This document shows positions 13,680-27,526 of a stretch of DNA of 64,000 nt, one piece after another. Positions within the stretch are counted from its first letter, which is position 1, and each line of letters opens with the position of its first letter. A program made the position numbers and the translations under genes. The stretch covers positions 380,742,001 through 380,806,000 of the forward strand of contig OZ024741.1 in NCBI GenBank assembly GCA_964016885.1, written 5' to 3'. This stretch comes from Eledone cirrhosa. Lineage: Eukaryota. The notes below the pieces were generated by a model. The model ran no database searches, had not been told where the DNA came from, and saw only the letters and a program-made list of their open reading frames with translations.

Positions 13680-13968
13680 GATATGGAGTCATGATTAAAA
13701 TATTATTGAAGAGGTGGGATTAAAATAACAACATTATCAAAGATGTGGGTTTCGACATTAGAACATTATTGAAGATGTGATATCAACATTAAAACAATGT
13801 TGAATATGCCATGTCAACATTAAAGCATTATTGAAGATATGGTATCAACATTAAAACATTGTTTAAGATGTCATATCAACATTAGAACATTATTGAAGAT
13901 GTGGTGTCAATATCAAAACATTATTTAAGATGTCTGGGCAGTGTAAGAACAGTATTAAAGATGTAGTG
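13680..13968. repeat. ~31-bp minisatellite, ~9 diverged copies
   Basis: Unit approximately aacattattgaagatgtggtatcaacattaa. Confidence 0.85.
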
Positions 13969-14052
13969 TAAATAGGTCATTATAATAAAGTTTCATTTGT
14001 TAACCTTAAGATTGGTTTCTTTACTTCTTTCTTTATTTATTTTTAACTTTAA

Positions 14053-14262
14053 CCCTTTACCATTTAAACCAGCCATATCTGGCCAGAATTATCTCATCTC
14101 TTTCTGTTTAAACTGGCTATAACTGGCCACTCATACTGATGTTAAGGTATTATTCTCAAAATAAATAACATCAAAATCTCATAGATTCAATATTATGTGT
14201 GATATTATGTAAGGTAAAGCTTTTACTGCAAAAATACAATAGTATATGTAAATGCTAAAGGG
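14053..14262. mobile_element. piggyBac-like MITE
   Basis: TTAA|CCCTTTA(c)CATTTA...TAAATGCTAAAGGG|TTAA; second copy at 17519-17719. Confidence 0.75.
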
Positions 14263-17200
14263 TTAAAATAGAACAGTTTTGTGATAGAGCACCAAAGCAG
14301 TCACTTAACCTGCTAGAAATATCAGCCAAATTCCTTCCAAATCACATCATATTAAAACATTAGATAATGTAGTACTACTATATGAGTGTCTGAATAAAAG
14401 ATAGGATGGTCATGACTGGAATTCCTTTGATCAGAAGCATGCTTGATTAAATGTGTGGTTAAATAACAGCACTTCAGTGAATAGTTTCACTGTTTTCATA
14501 TGGAACTGCCTGAAACCATCCTGTACCTATGATGCAAAACTGCCCATTTTAAAACTTTCCATTATAAATTTATTTTATACATTTTTGTTGAGTAATGATT
14601 TAAATATCAGCTAACTAATGAAACTATTAATAATTTTATTAAATCTTTTAAAATTTTATTACAATGTTTGGTTATTTTCAAAATTTATTGAAACACATTG
14701 GCAGTGTATTTCATTAAAAATATATTAATGAAAGGACTAATATTAGCAATACATTTTAGCTGTAGTGTCAGAATTATTAGCGTGTGAATCACAATGCCTT
14801 TTGAGTTCAAATTCTGCTAAGGCCAACTCTACTTTTCAGCCATTTGACTACAGTAAAATGAAGTAACAATCCTGAGAAGTGGAATGACAACTTATCGGAT
14901 AAAATTTTCTGTCTATTTGCATCTGAATTTTCTTATGATAACCCTAATGCCAAGCTTTGCCTACCTTCATATTTCCTGTCAACAAAATTGCTGGCATGAA
15001 TAGCAAAGATTTTCTGCTTGACAACTGCTGGTCTTCAATAAAAAAAAAAAGCCCTAACCAGCCCTATGCTTTATGAAAGGAAATTTCTAAGTGCAAATAC
15101 ATAGCCAAACATAAATTTCAGATCCGAAATAAAGTCAATATTAGCACAGTATATTAAAATTGGAGGTCAAGATTAGGATTTAATATAGGTGTTAGAGGTT
15201 AATAAATATGCAACTAACTGAAGCTATGGAAAATAAACATGAAAAGAGTTCTTTGCTGCTTGGAGGTGACCATTATGTTAGTTCAGTGAAGCAGCTAAGA
15301 CTTTCACATCAGGATATTATTATTGCGCAGCTGAATTATCTATAATGTATGTCAAATGATAGAAAAATAAATATTTGGTAATATTCCAAAGAGACGTTAT
15401 TATAACAATTTGTAATAGAGTTCTCTTTTTTTAATCTTTTTTTTCTTTTCTATGAAAATATATTTAACATAAGATAAATACAGACAAAAGTGTTGTTTTC
15501 TCTTTAGAATTGACAAACCCACATACACACATATATTATATCTTTATCTTCATTTATGGAGGTTGTCCTAATACTGTGGTATTTGTGGTGATATAGTAGA
15601 AATGTTTGGCTTATTTATGTGAAATACATTGGTGCAATTTGTGAATAAGTTAGTGGCATTGAAATACAAAGCAAAAGCTAATAGTATTTTGGATGATCTC
15701 CATAATTTCTATCATGATGAATAATGTTCTTGAGACTTTCCTTAGGCCCTTTACACATTCTGCTATCATTATCTTAACTATCAGTATTTATCAGATAACC
15801 TAGGGAAAATAACTATTCTGTCATTTACAGTGAATCATTCTGACAATCTAGTATTTGAGTTTGGAATAAGTATTCAGGGTTATGCTGCACTGGCTTTATT
15901 GTACAAGTGATAAACCTTTCTCTATTTATTAAAATGCCATTTAGTCTTCTTCAAAATCTATTGATTGCAGGATCTAGAGTCTTTTATTATACACCAAGGA
16001 GTAGAAAGTATAGAGCAAATTTATTGTTGGAGCAGTATATAATTGGTTGTTATTATTGTTATTGTAGTGTTTCAGCCCGAGGCCATCTCTGATCCAGCTG
16101 ACCTAAAATCAAAGATATTTGACCTGTGAGAATTCCATCCTTTTATATTGTCATATATCTAATGTGTATTCTTTTAAAGACAATAGGATGCATGGCATGA
16201 GAAATATTTGACTGTTGTTTCGAACAATTGTGTGAGTATGTATAGGTCCATATTAACTACAGGATATCACTAGGAATTCTTGTATTAATCCCAGAATGTC
16301 TGCTTTAGCAACATCTGAACATAGAACATAAAACGATAAAACAACTTAAACTGTAACTCTGTTTAATTCCAACACAGGGCCATGGCTGCCTTTGGCAGAG
16401 CTCAATCTGATGTAAGCATTCAGACTAGGTCTAAGATTTGAGGACACTATCCCCTCATCTTTATGACAATGCCATGGGCACTGCTTTTTTTCTCTAACTA
16501 AATAAATAAACCAAAACAAAAAGCAAATACATTTAACCTAACACTGCACCTATTGTCTGAACTCACCACCATATTGCAATATAGAGGGGTGTTTTATAGA
16601 AAGCCCATGTCTATAAGAGATAGATATACTTCATTGTCTCACTCAATATATGAATATATTACATTAACCCTTCCTTCAATGTATTTCTAAGTAATGCAAG
16701 GCATTTTTCCTGGTCCCACTTTGCTCATAGTATCATATAATGGGATAGATCACAAGGCCGTGTGGTTGCAATGCAAATATTCTAACCACAAGGCCAAGCC
16801 TTTATATTAAAATATCCTTTCTTTCTTGCACAAAGACATTTAACAAGGCCAATTTTAAAATTATAGCAAATTAGTGAATGAAAGAATTTTGATAGTTTCC
16901 ACAGAACAATCTAAAGTTTTGTTTATAATGCTCCCAAAATATCTTTATGTAAAAGGTCAAAGAATTACAGACTCAAATTTGAATGCTGCACTATAATTTA
17001 CTTTGAAGAATGTAAATTTATTTTTACATCTTATAATAGCAAATAACTTCCAATTTATATTGAAATATTTTGGAGATCAATGAAAATAGTTAAAGCTCTT
17101 TTAATTTTAACAGAAAATTATTTCTATTGTGTTCTGTATCTATTTTCTAATAATTGTTTATTCTTTCCTGCCAGTAAGATTCAATAAGAAAAGTTCTCCC

Positions 17201-17518
17201 AACTCCGAACGACATTGCCATTATTATTTCAGTATTTTATTTCCATACAGTTCCTTTTCTACATATTGCCAATTTGGAAGCATGAATTTGTGTCAGTCAC
17301 TATGTATAAATTCTACATAGAAACCAAATTTGGTATTCTTAATTAACATATGCTTGATATTGCAGATGTCTGAATAAGTAACCAAGGAAGAAGTTACTGG
17401 TTCGTACTGTATCTCTGGTTATGTGTTGTGTCCATAGCCTAGAAACTTTATTCATAAATAACTTAATCTACCAAAGTGAAAATTCATGCTCTTAGATAGT
17501 AATAATTAATTGCCCTAA

Positions 17519-17719
17519 CCCTTTAGCATTTAAACCGGCAATATCCAGCCAGAATTCTTCCACTTCTTTCTGTTAAAACTGTTTGTAGCTCAACTCTCAT
17601 ACTGATGTTAAGGTATTGTTCTCAAGATAGATTCAATATTATGTGAGATAATTATGTAATATGAAGCCTTTACCACAAAAATACAATAATATATATAGAG
17701 TAATGTAAATGCTAAAGTG
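17519..17719. mobile_element. piggyBac-like MITE, second copy
   Basis: Colinear with 14053-14262; termini slightly decayed. Confidence 0.7.
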
Positions 17720-18393
17720 CTAAAAAGTAGCTGTAGCAGAGCCATTAAATTGGCATGTGGTGTAACACAAACAAGCATGAAAACAAAGGTAAAATGGTGA
17801 AGATGAGGATGATGACAATACTATATTCAACTTTTACCATAGTAATAATTTAGTGAGAGATGAGCACATCAAAGCTGGGCTTATAAAAGGGGTACTGCAC
17901 CAGGAGGATGAATATCTCAAGTTTATAAAAAACATTAAAAACAAAAAAAAATTAAAAAATCAACTTTCGTGAATTATAATAGGAGCTAACTCACAACCGA
18001 TCAGGATTCAAAAGCTGACTTGTACCAACTTACAAATTTCTCTTAAGTTTTCTGCCTCTAAGATAATTTAATGAAAATAATCTATGAAGCTGCAGTTGAG
18101 GAAGACTTGTGCGGAGGTGGTGAAAGTGGATTTCAAATCATGGAACTTTACATAGGAGAAAACAAAAAAATGCGAGTAGTGGAGGTAGAGTGCTCTGGAG
18201 AAAAAAACTTTCCAACTCATACAAAAATAGAACAGTAAATGTAAAAAGTATGATGATAATGATGATGATGATTAAAACCCTTTCAAGTAATATGAAGAAG
18301 ATCTTATAGAGGGGTTTGATAAATTCAGTTTACATGAGAAGAGGAATAATGTAGCACATTCTGTGTCTTCATCTAGAGTGAAGGATATATATA

Positions 18394-19659
18394 CAGGGTG
18401 CGGACAATATTTGTTCGCAAGATTACTGTCTAGTAAAAATTAACACACTAGTTTTAATTTTTAAGATATATTTATCAAACTTGGGTCAGTTTGTCTTCAT
18501 GACTTGTTCTTTCGATCTCACTTGATAAACCCGCCATTGGCTTTGATGACGGCCTCAAGGCGGCCTCGGAACTGGCTACAGGCCTTCGTCACTGTTCCCC
18601 AACTTAGGCCTCTAACGGCACTTGTGATCCTGGCCTTCAGATCGTCTTTTGTATTGCAGCTAGATCTGTTGGTGTCTCGTTCCACTGCGCCACACACAAA
18701 GAAGTCGAGGGGGTTGCAGTCAGGTGAAGTGTGGTCGACGAAGTTCTCTGACAGCCAGGCTTGGGTCTTTCGGCTGGTATGGCAGGGCGCTGAGTCTTGT
18801 TGCCACACGTACGGCCTACCTGCAGGGCTTTACTACCTCACTCAGAACGTGGATGTAGCCATCGGTGTTCAACTTGAGGCCCTCAGGGAAGAAGTGAGGT
18901 GTCATGACGTCACCTTGACTGCTGACGACACCTAAGACCAATGTTGTCGCAGGAAACTTTGTCTGCATGACTCTGGGCAGGTCTTTGGATGAGACAGCGA
19001 GCCACCTGTTGTTCTGGGAGTTGATCTTCTGGTCTTGGCAGAAGTTTTTCTCGTTGGAGAAAAACCACAGCATGTCTGGCTCCAGTAGGTGTTTCAACTT
19101 GTTGATCATCTTCTTTGCGTGCTTTAGTCGCTTTTATTGCATCGCCTTAGACAGAAATTGTCCTTTCCTCATCTTGTATGAAACGTAGCGAATGTCTTCA
19201 TGTACCACCAGCCTAATGAGCTTTTCATCCACGCCTTTCTCCCTTGCAATGGCATGCATCGACTTGCTAGGTTCATTGTTGATGATATCCTGAACTTCAG
19301 CGACGAACTCAGGCGTTCTGAAGGCATCAGATCGTCGATCATGTGTTTTCCTCTCTGATGTTGCTTCGTCATCGAATCCTGAATCTTCCAATTCCTTTCT
19401 GACCTTTTCCACCATTCTCATGCTGACACTGAGAAAGTCTGAAATTTCCTTGTTTGTCCTCCCGGCGCGGATTCCAAGAAGAACTCCGTGTCTCTTCCAC
19501 AAATTTGGAGGTTCAAAATTATTCATAATCAATTATTCTGAAAATAAATAATGGAAATATAGTCACTGTTTTTATGAAGACAAGGGTGACAACAGAAGAA
19601 AAAAAAATTTGCATTAAATTAGCAGTTGAAAATTGCGAACAAATATCGTCCACACCCTG
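18394..19659 (-). mobile_element. maT (DD37D-type) Tc1/mariner transposon, complete ends, inactive transposase
   Basis: 27-bp TIRs CAGGGTG(C/T)GGAC(A/G)ATATTTGTTCGCAA with 2 mismatches; TA flanks; ORF pieces 19532-19134 (HTH), 19109-18816 (FSNEK), 18808-18518 (QQDSAP.H, SPDCNPLD). Confidence 0.93.
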
Positions 19660-19701
<42 letters not shown>

Positions 19702-20140
19702 AATAAAAGGAACCACATGGGTTAACAAATTAATTGAGCAATATATAGTGGTATGATATAATCTCCAGCAAGGTCTAGCTTATGAATGTATTAAGGCAAG
19801 CAATTTGGCAGAGGCATTAGAACATCTGAAAGAAGGGTTTATGTTATTCATCCAAGCTCTCTGCTCTCTGTCTTTAAATCCTGCTGTGATTAAACTTTGA
19901 CTTTCATCATTTTGAGGTAAAAAAAAAAGGTACCAATCCTGTGCTGGGGTTGGTTCTTCCTCTGCATCTTTTTCTTGCCTCATCTCTCTCACTATCTCCC
20001 TCTTTCCTTTGAAGAAAACTGGTGTTGAGACCTGGAGAGGGGATGAGTTCTGCCAGGTTTTAAAAAATGACCAAGATACAATGTGAGTCACTATTGCACC
20101 CCTTTGACTCCATCAGGAGTTATCGATTCATGCATACCTA

Positions 20141-20141
20141 T

Positions 20142-20190
<49 letters not shown>

Positions 20191-20225
20191 CAGCAGTAGT
20201 AGTAGTAATAGCAGTGGTGGTTGTG

Positions 20226-20276
<51 letters not shown>

Positions 20277-20330
20277 TTGGTGCTGGTGGTGACAGCAGCG
20301 TTTGTGGTGGTGGTAGTAGTAGTAGTAATA
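20141..20330. repeat. (TAG)n microsatellite
   Basis: Imperfect trinucleotide run; source of the poly-V and poly-Y ORFs. Confidence 0.95.
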
Positions 20331-20641
20331 GGTTTTACATGTATGCAAATTGTTCCGTATATTTCACATGAGACAAGTACTAAAGTGTAAGAATTCGGGT
20401 CCCCTAAATCAGTGTCTGTAAGTTTTCAATTGTCGGTTGAAGCCATTTAGTGCTCTTTAAAAACAACAACTAATGATCATAATTTTCATATCACATTTCT
20501 ACAAATTTGTGTCCTTCAACCATAAATATGCATTCAAGAAACAGTTTTATTTTATAAAATATACTTACTATGTATACATTTGTTAGATAGATATCTATAC
20601 ATGTGTGCTGTAATAGTAATTTGATTATTATACATATGCAA

Positions 20642-20860
20642 GGGCAGTGGATTAGCAGTGTTAATAGAGCACCAGACACCATGCTTTGGAGTATAGAGTT
20701 ATGGCCCTTTATGGACTGAATTCAAATCCCACCAAGGTTAGCATTGCCTTTCATCCTTATGAGGTCGATAAATTAAGGCAACAGTAATGCACAGGGGTTG
20801 ATATAATAGACTTTCTCCTCTCCCCAAATTGTTGGCCCTGTGCCTATAGTAAAAATCATA
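20642..20860 (+). mobile_element. tRNA-derived SINE, older and longer variant
   Basis: Same head and central domain; extra ggggttgat...ctcctctcccc segment also seen at 50245-50280. Confidence 0.8.
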
Positions 20861-21276
20861 TTGTTTTCAACCATAAACATATTTCAAGTACCACATGTTT
20901 TAAAACAAATATAACATTAATACATATATCTCATACATTCATCTGCCGTTATCTCATTGTCTAACAAAAGTACATTCATTAGAAATTCCTAATCAGGTTC
21001 ATATAATCTCATATGATTCTCATAAGATTTTCTACCATAAATATATTTCAAGAAACACTTTTTAAGAACAAATGTATCATGTATTTATATATCTAATATT
21101 TACATATGTGGGCATATCTTTGTGTTATAAAATATATAATAGAAACATATAATAGATACATATAATAGAGAAAATTTTAACTTAATATATACCTAAACCC
21201 TTTCTTATCATATGTCTCATGAAAGACAGCTTGTGGTTTTTAATTAATTCAAAAACTAATCAAGAATTTGTAGGAA

Positions 21277-21762
21277 AAGGGTGCAGAGCACTAGAAGTCA
21301 ATGGAAACCGCGGAGTGGGGAGACCCAAGAAGACCTGGGATGAGGTGATAAAAGCCGACCTTACCCAATTACACCTCTCAAAGGCGATGACACATGACCG
21401 TGACCTCTGGCGTCACGCAATAATACAAAGTACTCGACCTCCCATGGGTACAAGCTGCAGTATATAGACAATATGCCCCCACACCCTCCCACTGCAAAAT
21501 GGTCGTGGAGGTGCCACGGCAAAAAAGCACCCAGCCCACACTGTAAAGTGGACGTGAAGGCGCCACGGAAAAAAGCACCCAGCACTCACTGTAAATGAGG
21601 TTGGTGTTAGGAAGGGCATCCAGCTGTAGAAATCAAGCCAAAATCAGTTCCTGTATGAGCAAGGCATGGTCAGCCGACCAGACACTGCCCACAACAGGAC
21701 AACCCATCTAACCCATGCTAGCATGGAAGGACAGACGTAAAATGGTGACGATGATGATGATC
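21277..21762 (+). mobile_element. RTE 3' end
   Basis: CRALEVNGNRGVGRPKKTWDEVIKAD, 3' UTR, (GAT)n tail. Confidence 0.92.
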
Positions 21763-21996
21763 ATCATCATTTTAAAATAAACTGCTTTGTATTATAAAAC
21801 CAAGGCTGGTTTCAACGGGTTGGGTGTCATATGAGTTAAGAAATTTATATTTTGAAAACAAATATATACATACACATGATAAATGTTTTATGCATATTAT
21901 ATACAAATGTGGGTTGTAAAATATGATAAATGTTTTATACATATTATATACAAATGTGGGTTGTAAAAGATATATTAGTACCCTCATATAATTTAA

Positions 21997-22235
21997 CCCT
22001 TTAAATACCAACCAAGCCATAACCGGCTCTGGTTCTATGAAATAAAACCACCCATTGTAAAGGATTCCAAATTTAAATTAAAATCGTCCAACATATTTTT
22101 GTTATATAAGCACTTTACATTAATTTCTTATCGTGGTAATAAAATGATTAATGATTTTAGTAAATCCCTCAAAATGTTTCCTTAATTACTTGAAATGGAG
22201 TGTATTTCATTAGAAATGAGGTGTTCATGAAAGGG
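21997..22235. mobile_element. piggyBac-like MITE, second family
   Basis: TTAA|CCCTTT...AAAGGG|TTAA; a decayed relative lies at ~6082-6318. Confidence 0.6.
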
Positions 22236-22999
22236 TTAAGGAAATTGCTAATTACATACAAATAATAGAGAAAATTAAGAAAATATCCATAGATATTTAT
22301 GTGAAGAGAAAGTACTGAGTATATTTTGCTTTAACTTCTTACATATGATCTTGCAACTGTGTGATCATTAGCATTTAGCTTCATTAGAAGAGGGTGTGGT
22401 TTCTACTACGAGGACTAAATTAAATCTAGCATCACAAATACCTATTTCATACAGAATACAAAATTAATTTCTATGCATTTATATTACTATTTTATCCATG
22501 TACATGAGTTAAGTATTTAGATATCTCATTAGGAAAAGTATGTAACATATTAATGATCCCTTATATAAAGAAATTTACTCTGTTAATATTTTGAGTTGCA
22601 GGAGACTTGAAGACTATATTTTAGAATTAATGTATCTGGAGAATAATAACCCAGCGCAGCTCATTTTTTTTCTGAATAGAAAGATTTAAATTCAGGCAAT
22701 CTGGTGGCTAAATTAGTTGTGAACCATGTAGTACTGTCATGGATCTTAGACAGAATAAGGTACTCATACACACATGTATAGATTAATTAGCTAGCAGGAT
22801 ATATAGAGTGCTTAATACATTGTTTTATAAAGTTCCTTTATGCTGTATCAAATGCACATGCAAGTTAGGTATTAAATACACATGTGAGAATATAGATACA
22901 TGAAATGTATCTATGTTCACAGACAATACATTTCCAGTTTTGTCCAAGCATCCACTCTTCAGAAAAGCAGAAAAAATGTGGTAGGCTAACAATTCTAAT

Positions 23000-25130
23000 T
23001 TTCTCTAGTTAAAAGGAATGCAGCTTTTCCTCTCGTTGACTCAAGTATCCTGAATCATCCACATAATTGGACCCATATCTCCACCTGACATTTATGCACT
23101 ATATGTAGCCTCCAAGTCAAACATTATCTCTGTCATGAGGTATTTCCTTGTTAGTAGTAGCAGAGGTGCTGATGGTCATCGACCTGATCACCTCAAGAGC
23201 TTGATGTCTTCCCCCACTGCTGAGGCCAGGAACCACCCTCTGAGTGTAATTGCAACACTCACTAACAGGTTCATTCAGGATGCCCTGGAACCCTATAGTC
23301 AAATCTTCTTATTTTAAACCAGTGTGAATTCTCTTATGAAGAAAGATGATGACATATACCCTATTGCTGTGGCCAACACCATTCTTCAGATGGGTGGCTG
23401 TCAAATTTATCTTGCCTCTAAACTGGATGAGGAACTAAGCCAGGTGCAAATAGGCAATGTTGTAGCTGGTGGTCGTGATAGGGCTGCCCATGCTAAGGCT
23501 TTTTGCAATGCAAGATAGATTCTAGGCATCCCATCATTAATTTTGTTAATAGAGAAGCATTTAACACGCTATGCCACATGCTTGAATCTTGCTTCATGTG
23601 TGCCATGTCTCTCTAATTATTGGCCTATGGGTTACTGAGTATGATTTTTGCTGTGTATAATATCATTTCATCCCCCATTAATGTCCAACAGTTTGACCCC
23701 ACAAGGCCACTCTTCTTCACACTTGGGGTAGACAATATTACACATAGCACCATTCAACATGTGACACCTGGATTATACAAAGATAAGCAAGTCATGATGT
23801 CCATTCAGTAGTTCCTGCTCTGGAGAGGATAAACCTTGAGATCGCCCTGTTTAAATTGGAGGTCATGGAAACAAATTATGACATAGAGGACTTTAAGGCC
23901 CCTATCATGGATGCGAGATCGATACTCCAGCAGATGCAGGTGAACCTAAATGAAGGTGTTCTCATCTTTGGGTCACTAATCGTACAACCTGTCATCCAAT
24001 CTACTCTTATTCCAAGCTTCATCTTCTCAAAACATGTATAAGATGACTGTGCCTTATTGATGCGCATCGTGCTCTATTCCTGCTGAGAAAATGCTTTGTT
24101 ATTCTAAAGATTTGTATATCTTTCACAGCACCCCTTGTTACAGCCAGGAATCTTATTTCACAGATCTTGATGACACCATCGATATCAGTGGTGGCTGATC
24201 TGTGATTTTGATTTGCATTCACATTGCCAGCATTTCTTTTGAAGTTGACCTCCTGCTGAGCCCTCATTAACAATGATCTTCACAATACAATGGAGCCTGT
24301 TATGATAAGATAACTAAGGGAGATCTATGTGACTTGAAGCCAAAACGGCCTCCATTCTGAGGATGTCAAATCTCTCTGAAACAAATGGTACATAATTCAG
24401 ATCAACAAAGCTTTGGACAGCATTGTGTTCCATTTACTTGACCAGAACCCTCTGACATGTTTCCACTCTGCTCCTCAACCCCATACCAGTGCCTAACTAA
24501 ACAGCATATCCTTGCTGTCAACTAGTACTCAGCTGGACAGCAACTATTTTTGCATTAGAATTTCCCTGAGACTCAGCCTACAGATCTGCAAGCAATATAA
24601 ATGCCACTGTGAATTTATGGTGGACACTTTCAGCTTTCATCCACTGTTATGCAATCTCAGAACCAATCACTTCTCACACCATGTTGCTTTCAGCAAGATT
24701 ATCAAACATGGCTTAGACACTGTTGGCTTTCCTTCACAGTTTGAACCAGTGGAGTTAGATTGGGAGGATAGCAAAAGATCTGATGGAATCACTATCTTCC
24801 CATTCTAAGGGGGGAAACCTCTCATTTGGGATGCACCAGCAGCAACAACAATGTGAATTCAGAAACAGACCCAAGTTTCCTTAAGATCACAAACTGTAAC
24901 AGTATTGGTTACTTTCCAATAGGCATTTTGTTGAACCTATAATGGTGGAGACTTCTTGCATTCTGGGTTCTTGAACTAGCTTCCTACTAGCTGCTATCAA
25001 GGGATAGATTTGGCCACCCAAAGGAGTAAACTCTTTGAGCTGGTATGGCTATTTCAACATCCTCTGAAGTAATGTTTTATCTGCAAGGATCATGAGGTAG
25101 CATGCATATGAGATTCTGAATGCCAGAGAG
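23000..25130 (+). pseudogene. Decayed CRE-clade-like non-LTR retrotransposon (RT + restriction-like endonuclease)
   Basis: Ordered motifs GADGHRPDHLK, PIAVANT, Q.G..GG.D.A.HA, VQQ.DP..PL.F, CHC..H.L.C..H, EP..L...KRSDG.T..P..GKPL.WD. Confidence 0.75.
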
Positions 25131-25297
25131 TGTTTTTCCACATTGTTCAGGCATATATCATTGTGGTTGTCATGGTGATTGTCTGTGTAAATATTCTGGT
25201 TGGAATTATCTATAACATCTTGACAGGTTGGACTAAATGTCTTTTCAGGAAAACCAAACTAACAAACATTTCAACAAAATCATGCTAACAAGCTGTT

Positions 25298-25298
25298 T

Positions 25299-25362
<64 letters not shown>

Positions 25363-25390
25363 GCTGCTACTGCTGCTGTTGCTGCTGCTG

Positions 25391-25432
<42 letters not shown>
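25298..25432. repeat. (CTA)n/(CTG)n microsatellite
   Basis: Visible trinucleotide run. Confidence 0.95.
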
Positions 25433-25570
25433 TACACATAAAAATCAACAATGAACAGTACTAGAGAAGAAGATAATACAACTATAAATTATATTAGTTT
25501 AATGGTTAAAAGAAGTATTAAAAATGGTAACAGTTTAGATATTAGTTCTACATTGAGGAAAGAAAAAAGG

Positions 25571-25603
<33 letters not shown>

Positions 25604-26310
25604 CCGTTTTACGTCCGTTCTTCCATGCTAGCATGGGTTAGACTGTAAAAAGCAAACTGAAAAAGAGAGAAATAAGATGAGTGTGGTTCTCTTGATTTAT
25701 GATGACTTAAATGCCCCTAGTACTTATTATAACAAGTCTAACAGGATGAATAACAAATTTGATTTGATGCAGGTTGGACTTGAAGTCAGAACAACATAAT
25801 TAAATGGAGCAAGGCATTTTGTCTTAACTCTGCACTGTTTCTATGATTCTATAATTTGATGCAATAATTTTGATATTCACACAGTTTCTTCTAATAATTC
25901 ATGAGGTTCAGCAGTTAGAATAAATCATTTAAATTTCCATAGCTTGAAAGACCACATACTTTTTGCACATATTATAGTTACATGAAAATGATCTTTATTT
26001 TTTCATCTCATTGTCAATAAAGTTATCTGATTAGTTATATTTATTATCTTATTCTTCAATCCAAAGAATAGTATTTTTTATGAAATTCACTCAGGTCATA
26101 TAAAAATCCAAAAATATGATCTCTTTAGTGATGCAAATAATAAAAGATTTATTCAAATGTTGAATCATAAAGCTCATGGTTATATTTAGTATAGTGACCA
26201 ATGATGGAGATATCAACAAAGAGATGTCAGTTTGACCATCACAGAATGCTATACTATTGATTGTTTTTCATATGAATATATACATATGTATGTATGTGTG
26301 TGTATGTATG

Positions 26311-26562
26311 TCAGGTCACCCGTGAATGCTACTGGTAACAAGTAACCCAGTACAACCTGTCACATGGTCGGGTTGTCGGCGAATAAACCGTTTACTAGTT
26401 TACTTGGTGAGGAGGGTGATTTAGGACAACCTGCAGAACAAAAAACAAAACCTGACAAAGGGCGGAAGAACTCATAAGAGTCAACGGCCATCCAAATATG
26501 TGTAAAGATGTCTAAACCCATGTTAGCGTGGAAGATAGACGTTAAACGATGATGATGATGAT
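26311..26562 (+). mobile_element. Non-coding element ending in an RTE-type 3' tail
   Basis: Unique body followed by ctaaacccatgttagcgtggaagatagacgttaaac(gat)n. Confidence 0.55.
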
Positions 26563-27259
26563 ATATATACATCTGTATATATGTGTTCATAAACATAAAC
26601 ACTTAGCTCTGTAACACTGAGGTATGAATTTCGATGTTAAAATTTTACTCATATCTGTACAGGGTTTCATCCTTACAGGGTCGATAAAATAAAGTACCAG
26701 TAATGTACTGGGTAATTACTGGCCTTGTGCCAAAAGTAGAAACAATTATTAAATTCTTTATTTCTTTAAAAGCCTCTGAACAGCCCCATTGGGCGTAACA
26801 TGTGTAAGAGATTCTTATAAATGTATTTTAACGGCTTGCTTCTCTTTCATCAACTTCTTTGATTGTGTATATATGTATATACATGTATACATGTGTATGT
26901 ATATGCACGGGGACAGACATAATCGGGCTGGATACCCGATAGCATGGCTAAACCACTGGGAGTGAAGGACCCCTAGCCTTTGTCAGGGCATTCTTCCAGG
27001 AGAAGGCAGTTCAGGAAACTGGTATAACTCTGACATAAAACCTGCGTCTCAATAGTTACCGATGATGTTCATCTTTTTTTCTTTTCGGGTTATAGCTGCT
27101 GTTGCTTAGAGAGTGGGGTTAGCTCAGTGCATAGTTTTTCCTCACTTTAAAAAAAATCTTCATGATACCGTTAATTGATAATAATTAATAATGTTATATC
27201 ATGCAATGGCCATATTCGATAACGAGGGGACAGCCATCATATATTCAAGCATTATATTC

Positions 27260-27493
27260 CATGACAAAAACAAAGCACCCAGTCCACCATATAAAGTGGT
27301 CATACTCTCACATACTGAAAAAGCACCCAGTTCACACTGTAGGTTAATTGGCATTAGGAAGGGCATACCACTGTAGAAACTAAGCCAAAATACAGATCCA
27401 TAAGAGGAAGACATGGTCTCCTGAAGTGACTTTTTTCATAACGTGACAACCCATCTAAACCATGCAGGCATGGAAATATAGACATTAAACGCC

Positions 27494-27525
<32 letters not shown>
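27260..27525 (+). mobile_element. RTE-type 3' UTR
   Basis: aaaagcacccag modules, aggaagggcat, (GAT)n tail. Confidence 0.8.

Positions 27526-27526
<1 letters not shown>

Noticed and set aside
13680-13968. CRISPR-like array
   Set aside because: Units are contiguous without unique spacers; eukaryotic context; no cas genes.
11850-18350. Host exons in the less repetitive stretches (also 46300-49200, 59100-60200)
   Set aside because: No recognisable protein motif or supported splice pattern; short exons cannot be excluded without RNA-seq.
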